Assembly: GCA_964625685.1 (NCBI GenBank)
Contig: CAZVBO010000003.1
Span: forward strand, 64,298 to 128,297
DNA from: an uncultured Pseudomonadales bacterium
GTDB lineage: Bacteria > Patescibacteriota > Microgenomatia > UBA1400 > PJMF01
DNA length: 64,000 nucleotides
Direction: 5' to 3'
Shown: piece after piece, positions 19,319 to 29,111 of the stretch
How positions within the stretch are numbered: the first letter of the stretch is position 1
Layout: each line of letters opens with the position of its first letter
Program-made: the position numbers and the translations under genes
Notes under the pieces: generated by a model
Database searches by the model: none
Told to the model about the DNA's origin: nothing
Seen by the model: only the letters and a program-made list of their open reading frames with translations

Positions 19319-19319
19319 A

Positions 19320-19712
19320 TTATTCTGGTAGCAACCTATCGGGGATTGGCAGCAATAGTATGTTTCCATCCTGGGAGACCCCACCTACTAAACCCTGAAT
19401 CCGATTTTCTGCTGAGATTGGAAAACCCAAATATATTTTTAAATCAGTAATTACATCTTTTTGCGCAGATATAAAATCCTCCAGCTGTTCATGGGTTCTT
19501 GTACCAAAATCATCAGCGGTTTTTGCTTCTCCGATTGCCAAGCTACCTGACTTCATACCAATGAGATCCGGGCGGTGCCTCTTTATTTTTGGTGGTAATG
19601 ATATCTTTTGCTCATTTTCTGAATAACCCTCAAAGGAGATAACCTCATAGCCGTCAAGGATCATTTTCCTAGCTACTAGCTCGGCTATAAACTGATGCGC
19701 TTTTGAAGCCAT
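19320..19712 (-). CDS. Small protein (130 aa) with a PD-(D/E)xK-like motif; candidate nuclease
   Basis: RPDLIGMKSGSLAIGEAKT fits the PD...E-x-K pattern. Tightly coupled on both sides: 1-nt gap upstream, 2-nt gap downstream. Confidence 0.35.
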   Translation of the reverse strand: MASKAHQFIAELVARKMILDGYEVISFEGYSENEQKISLPPKIKRHRPDLIGMKSGSLAIGEAKTADDFGTRTHEQLEDFISAQKDVITDLKIYLGFPISAENRIQGLVGGVSQDGNILLLPIPDRLLPE

Positions 19713-19713
19713 A

Positions 19714-20730
19714 TTATTTCAATACGGATTGAGCAGTTATTATTAGCTGTTCAATCTTCGCTTTCTTGGCAGGTTCCTCTTCTCTTATTTGCGTTACCTC
19801 ATAATGTCTTAAATGCTTAAGTTGTTCAGTTACCTTTTCTATATCTCTAAATAGTGGCGAGACAACATCAGGTTTAACTGAGGCAAGTAAATCCATCGCT
19901 TCGTCATACCCTTTTTTCTTGAAGACTTCTGCAACTTCATCACTAGAAAAAATTTCTGGTAAATCACGAACGTCAATTGCTCGTGGTATTTTTTCTTCAG
20001 CAACCCATCGACAATAATCGTCTATAGAAAACTCACCAGAACGCAGTAAATTCCTTACCTTCTGCTTTCCAACCAACTCGACAAAATAACTGTACTTTTC
20101 TAAAGGATTGTCAACATCTTCTCCGTAATGAGGTAGGAAGTTGTCCCTCATAACTTCAAATGCCTTGATATCATGTTTGATTTCTGTCTCACTAGATCGA
20201 GCTTCTCTGGCTAATCTTTCCGTTGTGTATCCATTCTCCTTTAAATTAAATAGATAACGGGCTCTTTCATAGGGATCCCAAGCTTGCTTTCCTCCCAGGT
20301 GATATTCAAGTCTGAGAAAAGCAATTGTCTCCTGTGGTGTAGTGGAAGGTAAAACCCTAGCTTTAATTGTCTTCCATTCTTCTTTGTGGGGGTATTTGCG
20401 TGAAAGATCTTCAAACACTAGCCTGCGAGTGTTTCCCTCGATAACAATGTATTCATCACGCTGTTGGACAACCCAAATAGGTTCTAAAAGTCCTTTTGTC
20501 TCAATCGATTCCTTAAGAGAGTCATACTTGGCTTTTGTCTTAACCTTCAAGCCAAGCATAAGTTGTTTTTGAGTAACGTCTTTTTGCTTAACCCCCTTGG
20601 AAATATAGCTATCAATCAAAAACTGAATTCTTGGGTTATCAACATCGAGAAATACTTTATCAATGGGAATTTCTTGAGAAGGTACACTCCCTATTAGTTC
20701 TGATGATAGCTTTTGTTTCTTCATATTCAT
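19714..20730 (-). CDS. ParB/Srx-fold N-terminal domain protein (ParB-like 2)
   Basis: IDKVFLDVDNPR, GLLEPIWVV...YIVIEGNTRRLV, and the WDPYERARYLF motif shared with ParB-like 1. Confidence 0.55.
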   Translation of the reverse strand: MNMKKQKLSSELIGSVPSQEIPIDKVFLDVDNPRIQFLIDSYISKGVKQKDVTQKQLMLGLKVKTKAKYDSLKESIETKGLLEPIWVVQQRDEYIVIEGNTRRLVFEDLSRKYPHKEEWKTIKARVLPSTTPQETIAFLRLEYHLGGKQAWDPYERARYLFNLKENGYTTERLAREARSSETEIKHDIKAFEVMRDNFLPHYGEDVDNPLEKYSYFVELVGKQKVRNLLRSGEFSIDDYCRWVAEEKIPRAIDVRDLPEIFSSDEVAEVFKKKGYDEAMDLLASVKPDVVSPLFRDIEKVTEQLKHLRHYEVTQIREEEPAKKAKIEQLIITAQSVLK

Positions 20731-20739
20731 GATTGATTA

Positions 20740-21591
20740 TCATTTCGAATTGTTATTGAAAATCATAATTTCTTCAACAACTCTTCTTTTGCTTGTAAAA
20801 CCAGCAATGCTTCTTCTGACGGAGACCGTTTTAAAATTGAATCCTTCCTTTAGTAAATCAGCTTCTTCGGACTCAGCATAACTTACAACAAACTGGATTC
20901 CCTTTTTATCGAGTCTGTCCATCCATTTCTTGAGGCACATTATATCATTCATTCCGAATATTGACTTGTCGTATTTGTTAAATATTTTTTTTGATCTCAC
21001 ACTAAAAGGAGGATCCATATAAACAAAGTCACCTTTACGAACTTTTTTCAAGGTTTCTTCAAAACCATTTGAGTGCAATTCAGCATTTTTTAACAATTTT
21101 GCCGCAGTGAAGAAAACCTCGTCTGTGGGCATAACACCCTTATCATCACCACAATACGGAACATTAAATTCTCCTTTACTGTTTGTTCTATACAACCCAT
21201 TGAAACAAAATCTGTTTAAGTAGATAAACCTTGCAGCTCTTTTATTCGGAGACAGTTTGTCGGGCTTTAACGCTCGAATTTTATAGTAATCCTCTTTGCT
21301 TTTATTCAGCTTCTTTATCGCTTTTAGGACAGAGCCAGTATCATTTGAAATCTGTCTATAGGTAGTAATTAATTCTTCATTAATGTCACTCAACAACGCT
21401 TTTTTAGGAGCCAGGCTAAAAAATAAACAGGCTGAGCCAACAAATGGTTCAACGTACCTATTAAAGTCATCACTCCAAAATTCAGATAAAACAGGAATGA
21501 GTTGTCGTTTACTTCCAGCCCATCTTAAAAAGGGCTGAGCAACACTAGTGGTTTTATTATTTTTTTTCATATTTAAACACCAACTAGACAC
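20740..21591 (-). CDS. DNA N6-adenine methyltransferase, Dam/T4Dam family
   Basis: N-terminal FLRWAGSKR, motif I EPFVGSACLFF and motif IV DPPF. Start at either 21591 or 21570. Confidence 0.8.
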   Translation of the reverse strand: MSSWCLNMKKNNKTTSVAQPFLRWAGSKRQLIPVLSEFWSDDFNRYVEPFVGSACLFFSLAPKKALLSDINEELITTYRQISNDTGSVLKAIKKLNKSKEDYYKIRALKPDKLSPNKRAARFIYLNRFCFNGLYRTNSKGEFNVPYCGDDKGVMPTDEVFFTAAKLLKNAELHSNGFEETLKKVRKGDFVYMDPPFSVRSKKIFNKYDKSIFGMNDIMCLKKWMDRLDKKGIQFVVSYAESEEADLLKEGFNFKTVSVRRSIAGFTSKRRVVEEIMIFNNNSK

Positions 21592-21807
21592 TATGTTAAT
21601 TCAGTATACGATAGCGGATCACCTTTGGCGATCCTCATTGTTCTTTAGCAACTGTGACCGATTACGACCGCTTTTGTGGGACGTTTGTTACTTGGTTGGA
21701 CTAGTTATACCCTGGAAACAAAGTCTGGAGAATTTTAAGGCATTCATTGAAGACTAATAGCAACAATCTTTAACGTTAACCCAATCAATAGGGGGAAAGG
21801 TATCAAG

Positions 21808-22629
21808 CTATATACTGTGTTTTTCCTCAATGTAATGCCCTGCCAGATTATCATCTCTTGAAGTCCAGGTTATTGTGGATTTTGTCTTAAGATAAAGCTC
21901 GTGGGCCAGGCTAATGAATTTTTTGTGCCGAGTGGACAGTTTTCCTTTTCGAAATTGTTTCTCATGATATTTGCCCCAACCTCTGACAGCCCAATTTGCC
22001 GCAATCTTACTATCAGTCTTAACTTCAGTTGGTTTGCCCTCAGAAAAACCTCTTAAACAGGCAATGATGCCCAATATTTCACCTTCGTTGTTCGAAAAAT
22101 CGCCAATCCACTTTTCCATAAGAATGGTGCCTTCTTCATCACAGACAACGACAATTGTTTGTTGCCGCCCCTTTTGTCCATTGTTTTTTGTACCCGCATC
22201 ACAAAACAATATCTTTTGGGGTGTTGGTTTAGGATTAGCCTTTTTGGAAGTAGGCGTGTTATCAACTGCGCCGGGGATGGAGACAGAGATGTTTGACTTC
22301 AGTTTTCCCTTATTTTGTTGAAGCTCGGCCGCAATACGAAAAGCCACTTCTTTTCCAACTTCTTTGATAAATGCTTTCGAAGGCTTCCAAGTTATATTTA
22401 AGCCAGGCTGATAAGTCGTGGCATGTGTTCCGCATTTTTTGCATTTTACCCACAAACCTTTAGTTAGACTGCTAAGAGTGTAATATCCCTCACAAAGAGT
22501 AGAACAACGCTCACATCTTACTTTTTCGAAAGCATCATTGTTATCTTCTTGGTCAAATAGTCCGGCTGATTTCATATTTTTAGAATTTCTACTCAATTCT
22601 GATGATACAGAAAAACTGATTTCTATCAT
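21808..22629 (-). CDS. Zinc-ribbon plus RNase H-like domain protein
   Basis: N-terminal CERC...CKKC ribbon. C-terminal RNase H-like acidic residues: FCDAG, EGEILGII, KTDSK and RDDNLAGH. Confidence 0.5.
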   Translation of the reverse strand: MIEISFSVSSELSRNSKNMKSAGLFDQEDNNDAFEKVRCERCSTLCEGYYTLSSLTKGLWVKCKKCGTHATTYQPGLNITWKPSKAFIKEVGKEVAFRIAAELQQNKGKLKSNISVSIPGAVDNTPTSKKANPKPTPQKILFCDAGTKNNGQKGRQQTIVVVCDEEGTILMEKWIGDFSNNEGEILGIIACLRGFSEGKPTEVKTDSKIAANWAVRGWGKYHEKQFRKGKLSTRHKKFISLAHELYLKTKSTITWTSRDDNLAGHYIEEKHSI

Positions 22630-22843
22630 AGTTGACCATCATAGAAAATCTTAGTTGAGAGTTTTTGCCGGATTACCGGTATTTTTCACTCAATTTTCTA
22701 CTTGCGATTGCTGACAAACACGAGCCCTGAGCCACTGTGGCCGCTTTTGTGAGGCTTTCCGACCTCACCTGGCAGTTGTTTGGGGGTCTCAACAAATAAA
22801 ACGCCCGTTTGGGGAGTTGTTGGAGAAATTCAAACAAATATTA

Positions 22844-23455
22844 TCAATCACCATGAAGATAAACCACTGCACCGACAATTTTATCATCCATCACGTAAGG
22901 AACAATAACTTCCGCCTCTGAGTAAAGGTCGTTAAGATATGTCATTCTCAGCCCATTAACATTAGCTTGTAAGCCATAAAGCTTGTCCCTCTTACCCAAC
23001 AGGATATCTTTTATCAAAGCTTCTTTGCGCGTCTCAATTGACGTGGTGATAACACCGCCTGAGAAGAACAGCTTTACAATTCGGTCCTGATCCAAGGTAA
23101 TAAAATACATGGGTTGATTATTGGCTAAACTCACATCGCTGAAGTATCCGGGAACGTCTATGGTAGAGGACTCAGATGCGGTAGCTTCTGTTAATAAATC
23201 CAATCTGGATCTAATGTCTGCCACACATTCAGCATTCCCATTGCATTCAACTGCTTCCGGCAGTATCTTGGTAAAAACTTCATCAAAGAACTGTGGATTC
23301 TCCCGCATTAACTCGGAAACCTGAGCGCTTCTGAGTGTATAGACCCCCTTACCACTCTCATACAAACGCCAAGATACGAAGGCAAGTCCAACAAGTACTA
23401 AAACAATAAGAGCAGTAGCAATACCTAAAAGAGGTTTAGTGAAACGTTTTTTCAT
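22844..23455 (-). CDS. Hypothetical membrane-anchored protein (203 aa)
   Basis: N-terminal TM helix. No family recognised. Confidence 0.4.
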   Translation of the reverse strand: MKKRFTKPLLGIATALIVLVLVGLAFVSWRLYESGKGVYTLRSAQVSELMRENPQFFDEVFTKILPEAVECNGNAECVADIRSRLDLLTEATASESSTIDVPGYFSDVSLANNQPMYFITLDQDRIVKLFFSGGVITTSIETRKEALIKDILLGKRDKLYGLQANVNGLRMTYLNDLYSEAEVIVPYVMDDKIVGAVVYLHGD

Positions 23456-23472
23456 ACTGACTTAATTTTAGC

Positions 23473-24465
23473 TTAAAGCTTCTCGATCTCCCAGCCATCA
23501 TTGTCATAAACAATCACCTGGCCACCTTGAGTGATGGTAAGGCTAACGGTTGGGTAGCGGGTGTTTTTGATTGAAGCACACCAGACACCATCGTCTCGTT
23601 GATAGGCAGTTTCAAGAGTCTGGTCCGTGTCTCCACATTGCTCATACTCTTCCGTGTGAGGATCCTCGTAATCAACCCACCTGACAAAGAAGTTGCCAGG
23701 TTTAGTACCTTGAAACTCATAAGTCATCTGAGCGATATCAACACCCAGAATATCCTGATGATCTTTCATAAACTTTTCTGCCACCGGCCGGATGGCTTCG
23801 GCAGTAGTGTAGCGGGGAGTATTGTCATATTCTGGCTGTGGATCAAACCAACGGGAATCATCATCATTAGTACCCCATCTGCGCTCAGCCTCTCCAACTT
23901 CAACAATGTAGTTGGTGTTGGGATCAACAGTAAAGCCAAACCCACCAGCTGAGTAATGTTCTGAAGCAGGACTGGAATAATCGGTCCCAGTATCATCGGG
24001 ATTGCCATTAAAGCGACTACACAAAAACTCAACCGGCATGTCAGAAGATCCTAGGAACTTCTGAATATTAGTCACTGCTTGTTCTCGCTCTTGTGCAGAG
24101 CGGGCAGTCAACAAACAAAACTTCTCTCGGGCTTCTTTATAAACCTGCGTATCCTTATTAGGGTTTTCCTCCATTACTGCCAGCAATTCTGAGATTTCTG
24201 TAGCCTTTTTTAACTCAGAGGATTGATCACCCAAAAGAAGCCTAACTGAGTCATTAAACGACAACTTATCAAAACAACCAGTGAAGTAATTCCATTTATC
24301 ACCCTCCATCTGAGTTGTGATCGGGAACTGCATATGGGTTTGGGCAAGACAATACCGCTCCTTCGCACCTTTGACACGCAGTACACCAATAAACAGAAGT
24401 ATCGAGAGAATAAACAGCACCCCGACAAGAGGTATAAGACGATTTTTAGATTTCTTCATTGTCAT
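23473..24465 (-). CDS. Hypothetical membrane-anchored protein (330 aa)
   Basis: N-terminal TM helix. No family recognised. Confidence 0.4.
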   Translation of the reverse strand: MTMKKSKNRLIPLVGVLFILSILLFIGVLRVKGAKERYCLAQTHMQFPITTQMEGDKWNYFTGCFDKLSFNDSVRLLLGDQSSELKKATEISELLAVMEENPNKDTQVYKEAREKFCLLTARSAQEREQAVTNIQKFLGSSDMPVEFLCSRFNGNPDDTGTDYSSPASEHYSAGGFGFTVDPNTNYIVEVGEAERRWGTNDDDSRWFDPQPEYDNTPRYTTAEAIRPVAEKFMKDHQDILGVDIAQMTYEFQGTKPGNFFVRWVDYEDPHTEEYEQCGDTDQTLETAYQRDDGVWCASIKNTRYPTVSLTITQGGQVIVYDNDGWEIEKL

Positions 24466-24616
24466 AGTATGTTCCTTTCTCCAAAGTTTGCCGATGTTAG
24501 CTTCCTTTGCTGCTAAAAGTCAAGTTTCTGCCAACATCTGCTACCTGGCTAATTTTAGCATAAATGATGACAAGGAGTCCGTGTTAGATGTGACTGAGAG
24601 TCACTACCCTAGAGAC

Positions 24617-24844
24617 ATGGGTAAACCAATTTCACACCAACACATTCTTAAGAAGTTCGGAGCTAAATTGCAAAAGACCAGGAAAAGCAAAGGCGTAACG
24701 CAGGAAGAACTGGCGTTTAGGATGTCCATGGATCGGACTTATATCGGCATGATTGAGCGCGGTGAGCGCAATCCGACTATACGAACGCTCTACAAAATCG
24801 CCAAAGCGCTGAAAGTTGATTCTTCGGAATTGTTGCCGTTTTAA
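24617..24844 (+). CDS. XRE-family HTH transcriptional regulator
   Basis: KGVTQEELAFRMSMDRTYIGMIERGERNPTIRTLYKIAKAL. Start at MGKPISHQ. Confidence 0.65.
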   Translation: MGKPISHQHILKKFGAKLQKTRKSKGVTQEELAFRMSMDRTYIGMIERGERNPTIRTLYKIAKALKVDSSELLPF

Positions 24845-24923
24845 TTTTTTTCTTACACCTAAACCCATTTAATCCCCGCTTCATCTTGCGTGATGTAGAA
24901 TATAGCTAAACCCATTCAGGGTT

Positions 24924-25205
24924 TTGAATATGTCAGGATTGTTATCGCTAAAATATACAACGTTGTATAAAGCCTTAACCCACCCTATCAGGTTGGAGTT
25001 AGTTAACTTGTTGTTTGAAAAACGTCAGGATGTGGGAAGGCTTGGTGAACAACTCAGCATCAGACAATCAAATGTCAGCCAGCATTTGCAGGTGTTAAGA
25101 AAAAATGGTTTTGTCTTATCTGAAAAAGTGGGCAAACGCAGGATTTACTCTCTAAATCCTGAGTATAAAAAGATAGTAAGCTACTTGATGAAATTTGAGC
25201 CATGA
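24924..25205 (+). CDS. ArsR/SmtB-family metalloregulator
   Basis: LTHPIRLELVNLL...SNVSQHLQVLRKNGFV winged-HTH. Stop overlaps the response-regulator start. Confidence 0.65.
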   Translation: MNMSGLLSLKYTTLYKALTHPIRLELVNLLFEKRQDVGRLGEQLSIRQSNVSQHLQVLRKNGFVLSEKVGKRRIYSLNPEYKKIVSYLMKFEP

Positions 25206-25879
25206 AAATACTAATTATTGAAGACGACCAAATTCTTGCCAAAAACCTGAAAGAGGTGTTAGTAAAGGACGGCTTTGCAGTCGACGTCGCCTTCTCTAAG
25301 GATGGTGGCTTGGTGGAAATAGAAGTCAATGAGTATGACTGTGTAGTGCTCGATATAAATTTGCCTGATGGCAGCGGCTTTGATTTGTTGAAAGAACTTC
25401 GTCAAAGTGAAAATCAAACACCAGTAATTATCGTCACTGCCCGTGGTGAGATTGAAGATAGAGTAAAAGGACTTAATCTAGGCGCCGATGATTATGTACC
25501 TAAACCGATTGATTCCAATGAACTTATTGCCCGCATCAGAGCAGTTATTCGCCGTAATAGTCAAAGTGCCTTGCCAGTGATTACGATAGGTGATCTGGTG
25601 GTAAAACCAGCAGATCACCTTGCAAAAGTTGGAAACAACACCTTAGATTTAACCGCCAAAGAGTTTGCGGTTCTTGAGTACCTCGCCCAACACAGCGGAC
25701 AAGCCGTGACCCGCACCATGCTGATGGAGCATATCTGGGGTAGTGATTTTGATACTTTCTCCAACGTCATTGATGTCTATATCCGAAATTTAAGAAGAAA
25801 ATTAGAAAAACACTCTAAAGACAAACTAATCACTACAATCCGTGGTAAAGGCTATATTTTGGGCAAACATGAGAAATAA
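25202..25879 (+). CDS. OmpR-family response regulator (receiver domain plus winged-helix output)
   Basis: MKILIIEDD...DLNLPDGSGFDLLKELR receiver motifs. C-terminal trans_reg_C-like ...TRTMLMEHIWG.... Confidence 0.85.
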   Translation: MKILIIEDDQILAKNLKEVLVKDGFAVDVAFSKDGGLVEIEVNEYDCVVLDINLPDGSGFDLLKELRQSENQTPVIIVTARGEIEDRVKGLNLGADDYVPKPIDSNELIARIRAVIRRNSQSALPVITIGDLVVKPADHLAKVGNNTLDLTAKEFAVLEYLAQHSGQAVTRTMLMEHIWGSDFDTFSNVIDVYIRNLRRKLEKHSKDKLITTIRGKGYILGKHEK

Positions 25880-27230
25880 ACTACGACACATAACCAGAAC
25901 ACTCAGAGGTAAATTGTCTTTGTGGTATTTGACCTCTGTGGCTCTGATTATCGCCGTCTTTCTAACTGCTGCCGGCATCTTGTTTTGGGTCACTCTGCAA
26001 GACCAAATTGACCATCATGTCCATATTGCCGTTAACGAGGCCAGTGAAATTGTCCAAAATTACCAGGGTGAAGAAAGAGACGAACTTCTGAAAAATCTGG
26101 TCAGCGCACAGGGGATGACCATCATTGTTTTATCTCCTGACGGTGCACCTGTTCTAGAAACCAATAGCCCAGATGTTGCCTTGGTTACTGAACATCAGTT
26201 GCAGAAAATCCTGACCTCCAGTAGCCTCTATGAATCAGCTCCGGTTCACTTCACCGAAAGCAATATCCGTTTTGCAGCCATGCCGGTACAGATCAGTGCC
26301 GGTAAGGGTATTCTGGCGGTGGGTTATTCCACCCAGGTGCTGTATGCCACCTTTAGCAAAATGTTGTTGATTGTCGCCGGCATCGTAGTTCTCCTGGTTT
26401 TACCTATCACCTTTCTTGGTTACCGTCTTCTTAAGAAACAGCTTCAACCCTTAGAAAGTATCGCCAGTCAAGCCGAAAAAATCAGTGACAGTTCTGCTCT
26501 TACTAAACGCATAAGTACCAATTCAGCCACAGAAGAATTGGTTGCCATTCAGACTGCCCTTAATTCCATGCTGGCACAGCTACAAAAAATCTTCTCCAGC
26601 GAACGTCAGTTTTTCTCTGATGCAGCTCACACGCTCAAAACTCCTCTGGCGGTACTACGATCACAAATAGAAACAAGTGACATCACCCAAAAAATGAGAC
26701 AGGAATTGCTATCCACTATTGATACCACTAGTGACACCATTGGCGACTTGCTTTTTCTCTCTAAGGTCGGCGGTAAATCACAGAGGATAGAGAAACTTTC
26801 ACTCACTCAACTTGTGCAAGACTTAGCGGAGTTAACTACAACTTTAGGAGAAGACAAAGGATTGAAGGTTACCTCAGATATTCAGGACAATGTTCAATTT
26901 AAGGCTGACAAAAAACTACTCCAGCGTGCTTTGGCAAACATCGCTCACAACGCAGTTTCATATAATCGTCCTAAAGGGACTATCAATATCAGTCTAAAGA
27001 AACAAACCGGAAAAGTTATTATTAAGATCTCTGATACCGGAATGGGCATCAAAAAAAGCGATCAGACAAAACTCTTCACCCGTTTTTTCAGGGGAGAAAA
27101 CGCCGTAAGTAAAGGCTCAGGGCTGGGGCTGGCAATTGCCAAGGCAGTTGTTGAGGATCTGGGCGGGAAAATAGAGCTTAAATCCGTGGTTAACAAAGGG
27201 ACATCTGTCTTAATTACCCTTCCGGCATAA
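25869..27230 (+). CDS. Sensor histidine kinase (two TM helices, HisKA, HATPase_c)
   Basis: H-box FFSDAAHTLKTPL, N-box HNAVSYN, and G-boxes DTGMGI and GSGLGLAIAK. Overlaps the response-regulator stop. Confidence 0.8.
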   Translation: MRNKLRHITRTLRGKLSLWYLTSVALIIAVFLTAAGILFWVTLQDQIDHHVHIAVNEASEIVQNYQGEERDELLKNLVSAQGMTIIVLSPDGAPVLETNSPDVALVTEHQLQKILTSSSLYESAPVHFTESNIRFAAMPVQISAGKGILAVGYSTQVLYATFSKMLLIVAGIVVLLVLPITFLGYRLLKKQLQPLESIASQAEKISDSSALTKRISTNSATEELVAIQTALNSMLAQLQKIFSSERQFFSDAAHTLKTPLAVLRSQIETSDITQKMRQELLSTIDTTSDTIGDLLFLSKVGGKSQRIEKLSLTQLVQDLAELTTTLGEDKGLKVTSDIQDNVQFKADKKLLQRALANIAHNAVSYNRPKGTINISLKKQTGKVIIKISDTGMGIKKSDQTKLFTRFFRGENAVSKGSGLGLAIAKAVVEDLGGKIELKSVVNKGTSVLITLPA

Positions 27231-27314
27231 CTTCTCCACTACTATACATTTCATCTTCTTTTCATCTTAGGGCTGTTAATCTGCATACAAATACCTTAAT
27301 CAGGAGAAAAAAGT

Positions 27315-28310
27315 ATGCAAGATAATCCAACACCAAGTATTAAAAAGCGATCCAAAACTGCTAAGCTTCAGCAATTGGTTGAAAAGACAGGTTTCTGGAA
27401 GGGTATGGCGCTTATCCTCTTTGCCGTTATTGTTCTGACTCAGGTTTTCGAAGTCAGCATAACTCCCAAACTCTCTTTCCTGAAAGGATTTTCCAAAAAA
27501 CAAAATATCGCGGTAGAGCCTGGTAGTACGACAACCTTCAAAGTTGATACAGCTTCGCTCACCAGCCAGGTGCTTCCAGAAGAAGGTGTGACCCTACCTA
27601 TCACCTGGGGAGATCTGGGCCAGCGGATGGTTGCCGATGGGGTAATTGATGAACAAAAGTTCAGAGCCTTGTTTGAAGGAGGGTTAACCAATACCGAAGA
27701 ACAAATGCTTTCCGGCAATAGTAACCAGCCAGTTGTACTAACTCAGCAAAACAGTCGTTATTTATTGGATCTTTTGTGGGCATTTGGCCTAGCTAACAAA
27801 AACGATATTTTGGAAAACGGCGAAATGACTGATGAAAAATACGGAGGTGATGCGAGTAAATTTGCGGCTACTGGCGGATGGTCATTAGCCAAAGGGGCAG
27901 GCTTTGATCACTACAGCAAACATGCTTATGTGACATTGAGCGATGAACAACAAGCATTAGTGGACAAAGTCTCCCGGGGTATTTACAGGCCATGTTGTGG
28001 TAACTCGACTCATTTCCCTGACTGTAATCATGGCATGGCCATGTTGGGACTGTTGGAGCTGATGGCCAAAAATGGCGCCAATGAACAACAAATGTATGAT
28101 GTGGCTCTCAAAGTTAACTCCTTCTGGTTCCCACAAACTTACATTGATCTGGCTACCTACTTCAAAGAACAAGGTCAAGATTGGGATCAGGTAGATGCCA
28201 AAACCGCTCTTAGCGCTGAGTACTCCAGTGCCCAAGGTTATCAACAGACCCGTCAGAAAATTCAGAGTCTTCCTAAGCCCCAACAAGGCGGTGGTGGCTG
28301 CGGAGCATAA
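27315..28310 (+). CDS. Hypothetical membrane-anchored protein with a Cys/His-rich motif (CCGNSTHFPDCNH) and a C-terminal GGGGCGA tail
   Basis: N-terminal TM helix and a conserved-looking Cys cluster. First gene of a plus-strand operon downstream of the two-component system. Confidence 0.4.
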   Translation: MQDNPTPSIKKRSKTAKLQQLVEKTGFWKGMALILFAVIVLTQVFEVSITPKLSFLKGFSKKQNIAVEPGSTTTFKVDTASLTSQVLPEEGVTLPITWGDLGQRMVADGVIDEQKFRALFEGGLTNTEEQMLSGNSNQPVVLTQQNSRYLLDLLWAFGLANKNDILENGEMTDEKYGGDASKFAATGGWSLAKGAGFDHYSKHAYVTLSDEQQALVDKVSRGIYRPCCGNSTHFPDCNHGMAMLGLLELMAKNGANEQQMYDVALKVNSFWFPQTYIDLATYFKEQGQDWDQVDAKTALSAEYSSAQGYQQTRQKIQSLPKPQQGGGGCGA

Positions 28311-28315
28311 ACACC

Positions 28316-29110
28316 ATGAAGCAGAAACTCAAATTCTCACCACGCAAACTCTTCTGGCAGGTAGCCGCACTTCTGGGGTTAGTTATCCTCTTTGCCAGCC
28401 CGCTGACCTCAGCCGCTCAGATGCTGGGAATGAAACACCAAATCAATGTTCCTTCCGCAGTCTCGGTGGTTGAAGCCAAAGAAATTTATCCAATGTTTAC
28501 CTGCCCCTGCTGTGGTCAGCCACTCAATAAAGAAGAACCTTGCTGCGGAGCCATGACCCAGATGATTGACTTTATCGATCAGAAGGTTACGACAGACGCT
28601 AACAAAGATGAAATTGTTCTGGCCACGGCTCAGGAGTTCGGGTTGGAGAGACTCACAGAGGAATCAGACAGGCTGGCTCTGCGCGAACAACTACTAGCCA
28701 ATGCTCCTGAGAATGCTCCCAGAATTGCCACCAATGAAACCAAACAGGATTTAGGTATCGTCAGGCAGGCAAACGGTATAGTGACAACTGAGTTTATTAT
28801 CAAAAACGAGGGTAAAAGCGATCTTGTTATCAACAAGCTTTCATCTTCCTGTGGCTGCACCTCAGCCAGTTTAGTTTATCAGGAGCAAGAAGGTCCACGC
28901 TTCTATATGGCCGGACACGGACATGATGAGCCTGATGCCAGCTGGCAGGTAGCCATTGCTCCAGGTGATGAAGCCACTATCAAAGTTTACTATGACCCGA
29001 CTGTTCATCCTGACTTGACCGGACCGGTCACCCGCACGGTCTCAGTCCACTCTAACGACCCAGTTGATTTTGAAACCAAGTTAACAATTACCTTAGAACA
29101 GGAGAAATAA
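28316..29110 (+). CDS. DUF1573-type CxC protein with an N-terminal signal peptide and a Cys-rich CPCCG...PCCG segment
   Basis: C-terminal LSSSCGCTSASL resembles the DUF1573 CxC core. N-terminal FTCPCCGQPLNKEEPCCGAM. Confidence 0.45.
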   Translation: MKQKLKFSPRKLFWQVAALLGLVILFASPLTSAAQMLGMKHQINVPSAVSVVEAKEIYPMFTCPCCGQPLNKEEPCCGAMTQMIDFIDQKVTTDANKDEIVLATAQEFGLERLTEESDRLALREQLLANAPENAPRIATNETKQDLGIVRQANGIVTTEFIIKNEGKSDLVINKLSSSCGCTSASLVYQEQEGPRFYMAGHGHDEPDASWQVAIAPGDEATIKVYYDPTVHPDLTGPVTRTVSVHSNDPVDFETKLTITLEQEK

Positions 29111-29111
29111 T

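Larger units (their letters stand above)
15041..22640. mobile_element. Putative serine-recombinase-associated mobile cassette carrying the methyltransferase/ParB/SNF2 operon; boundaries are tentative
   Basis: AT-rich block. Recombinase with an adjacent inverted repeat at the left end. GC-rich structured non-coding stretch at 22640-22830 on the right. Confidence 0.25.
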
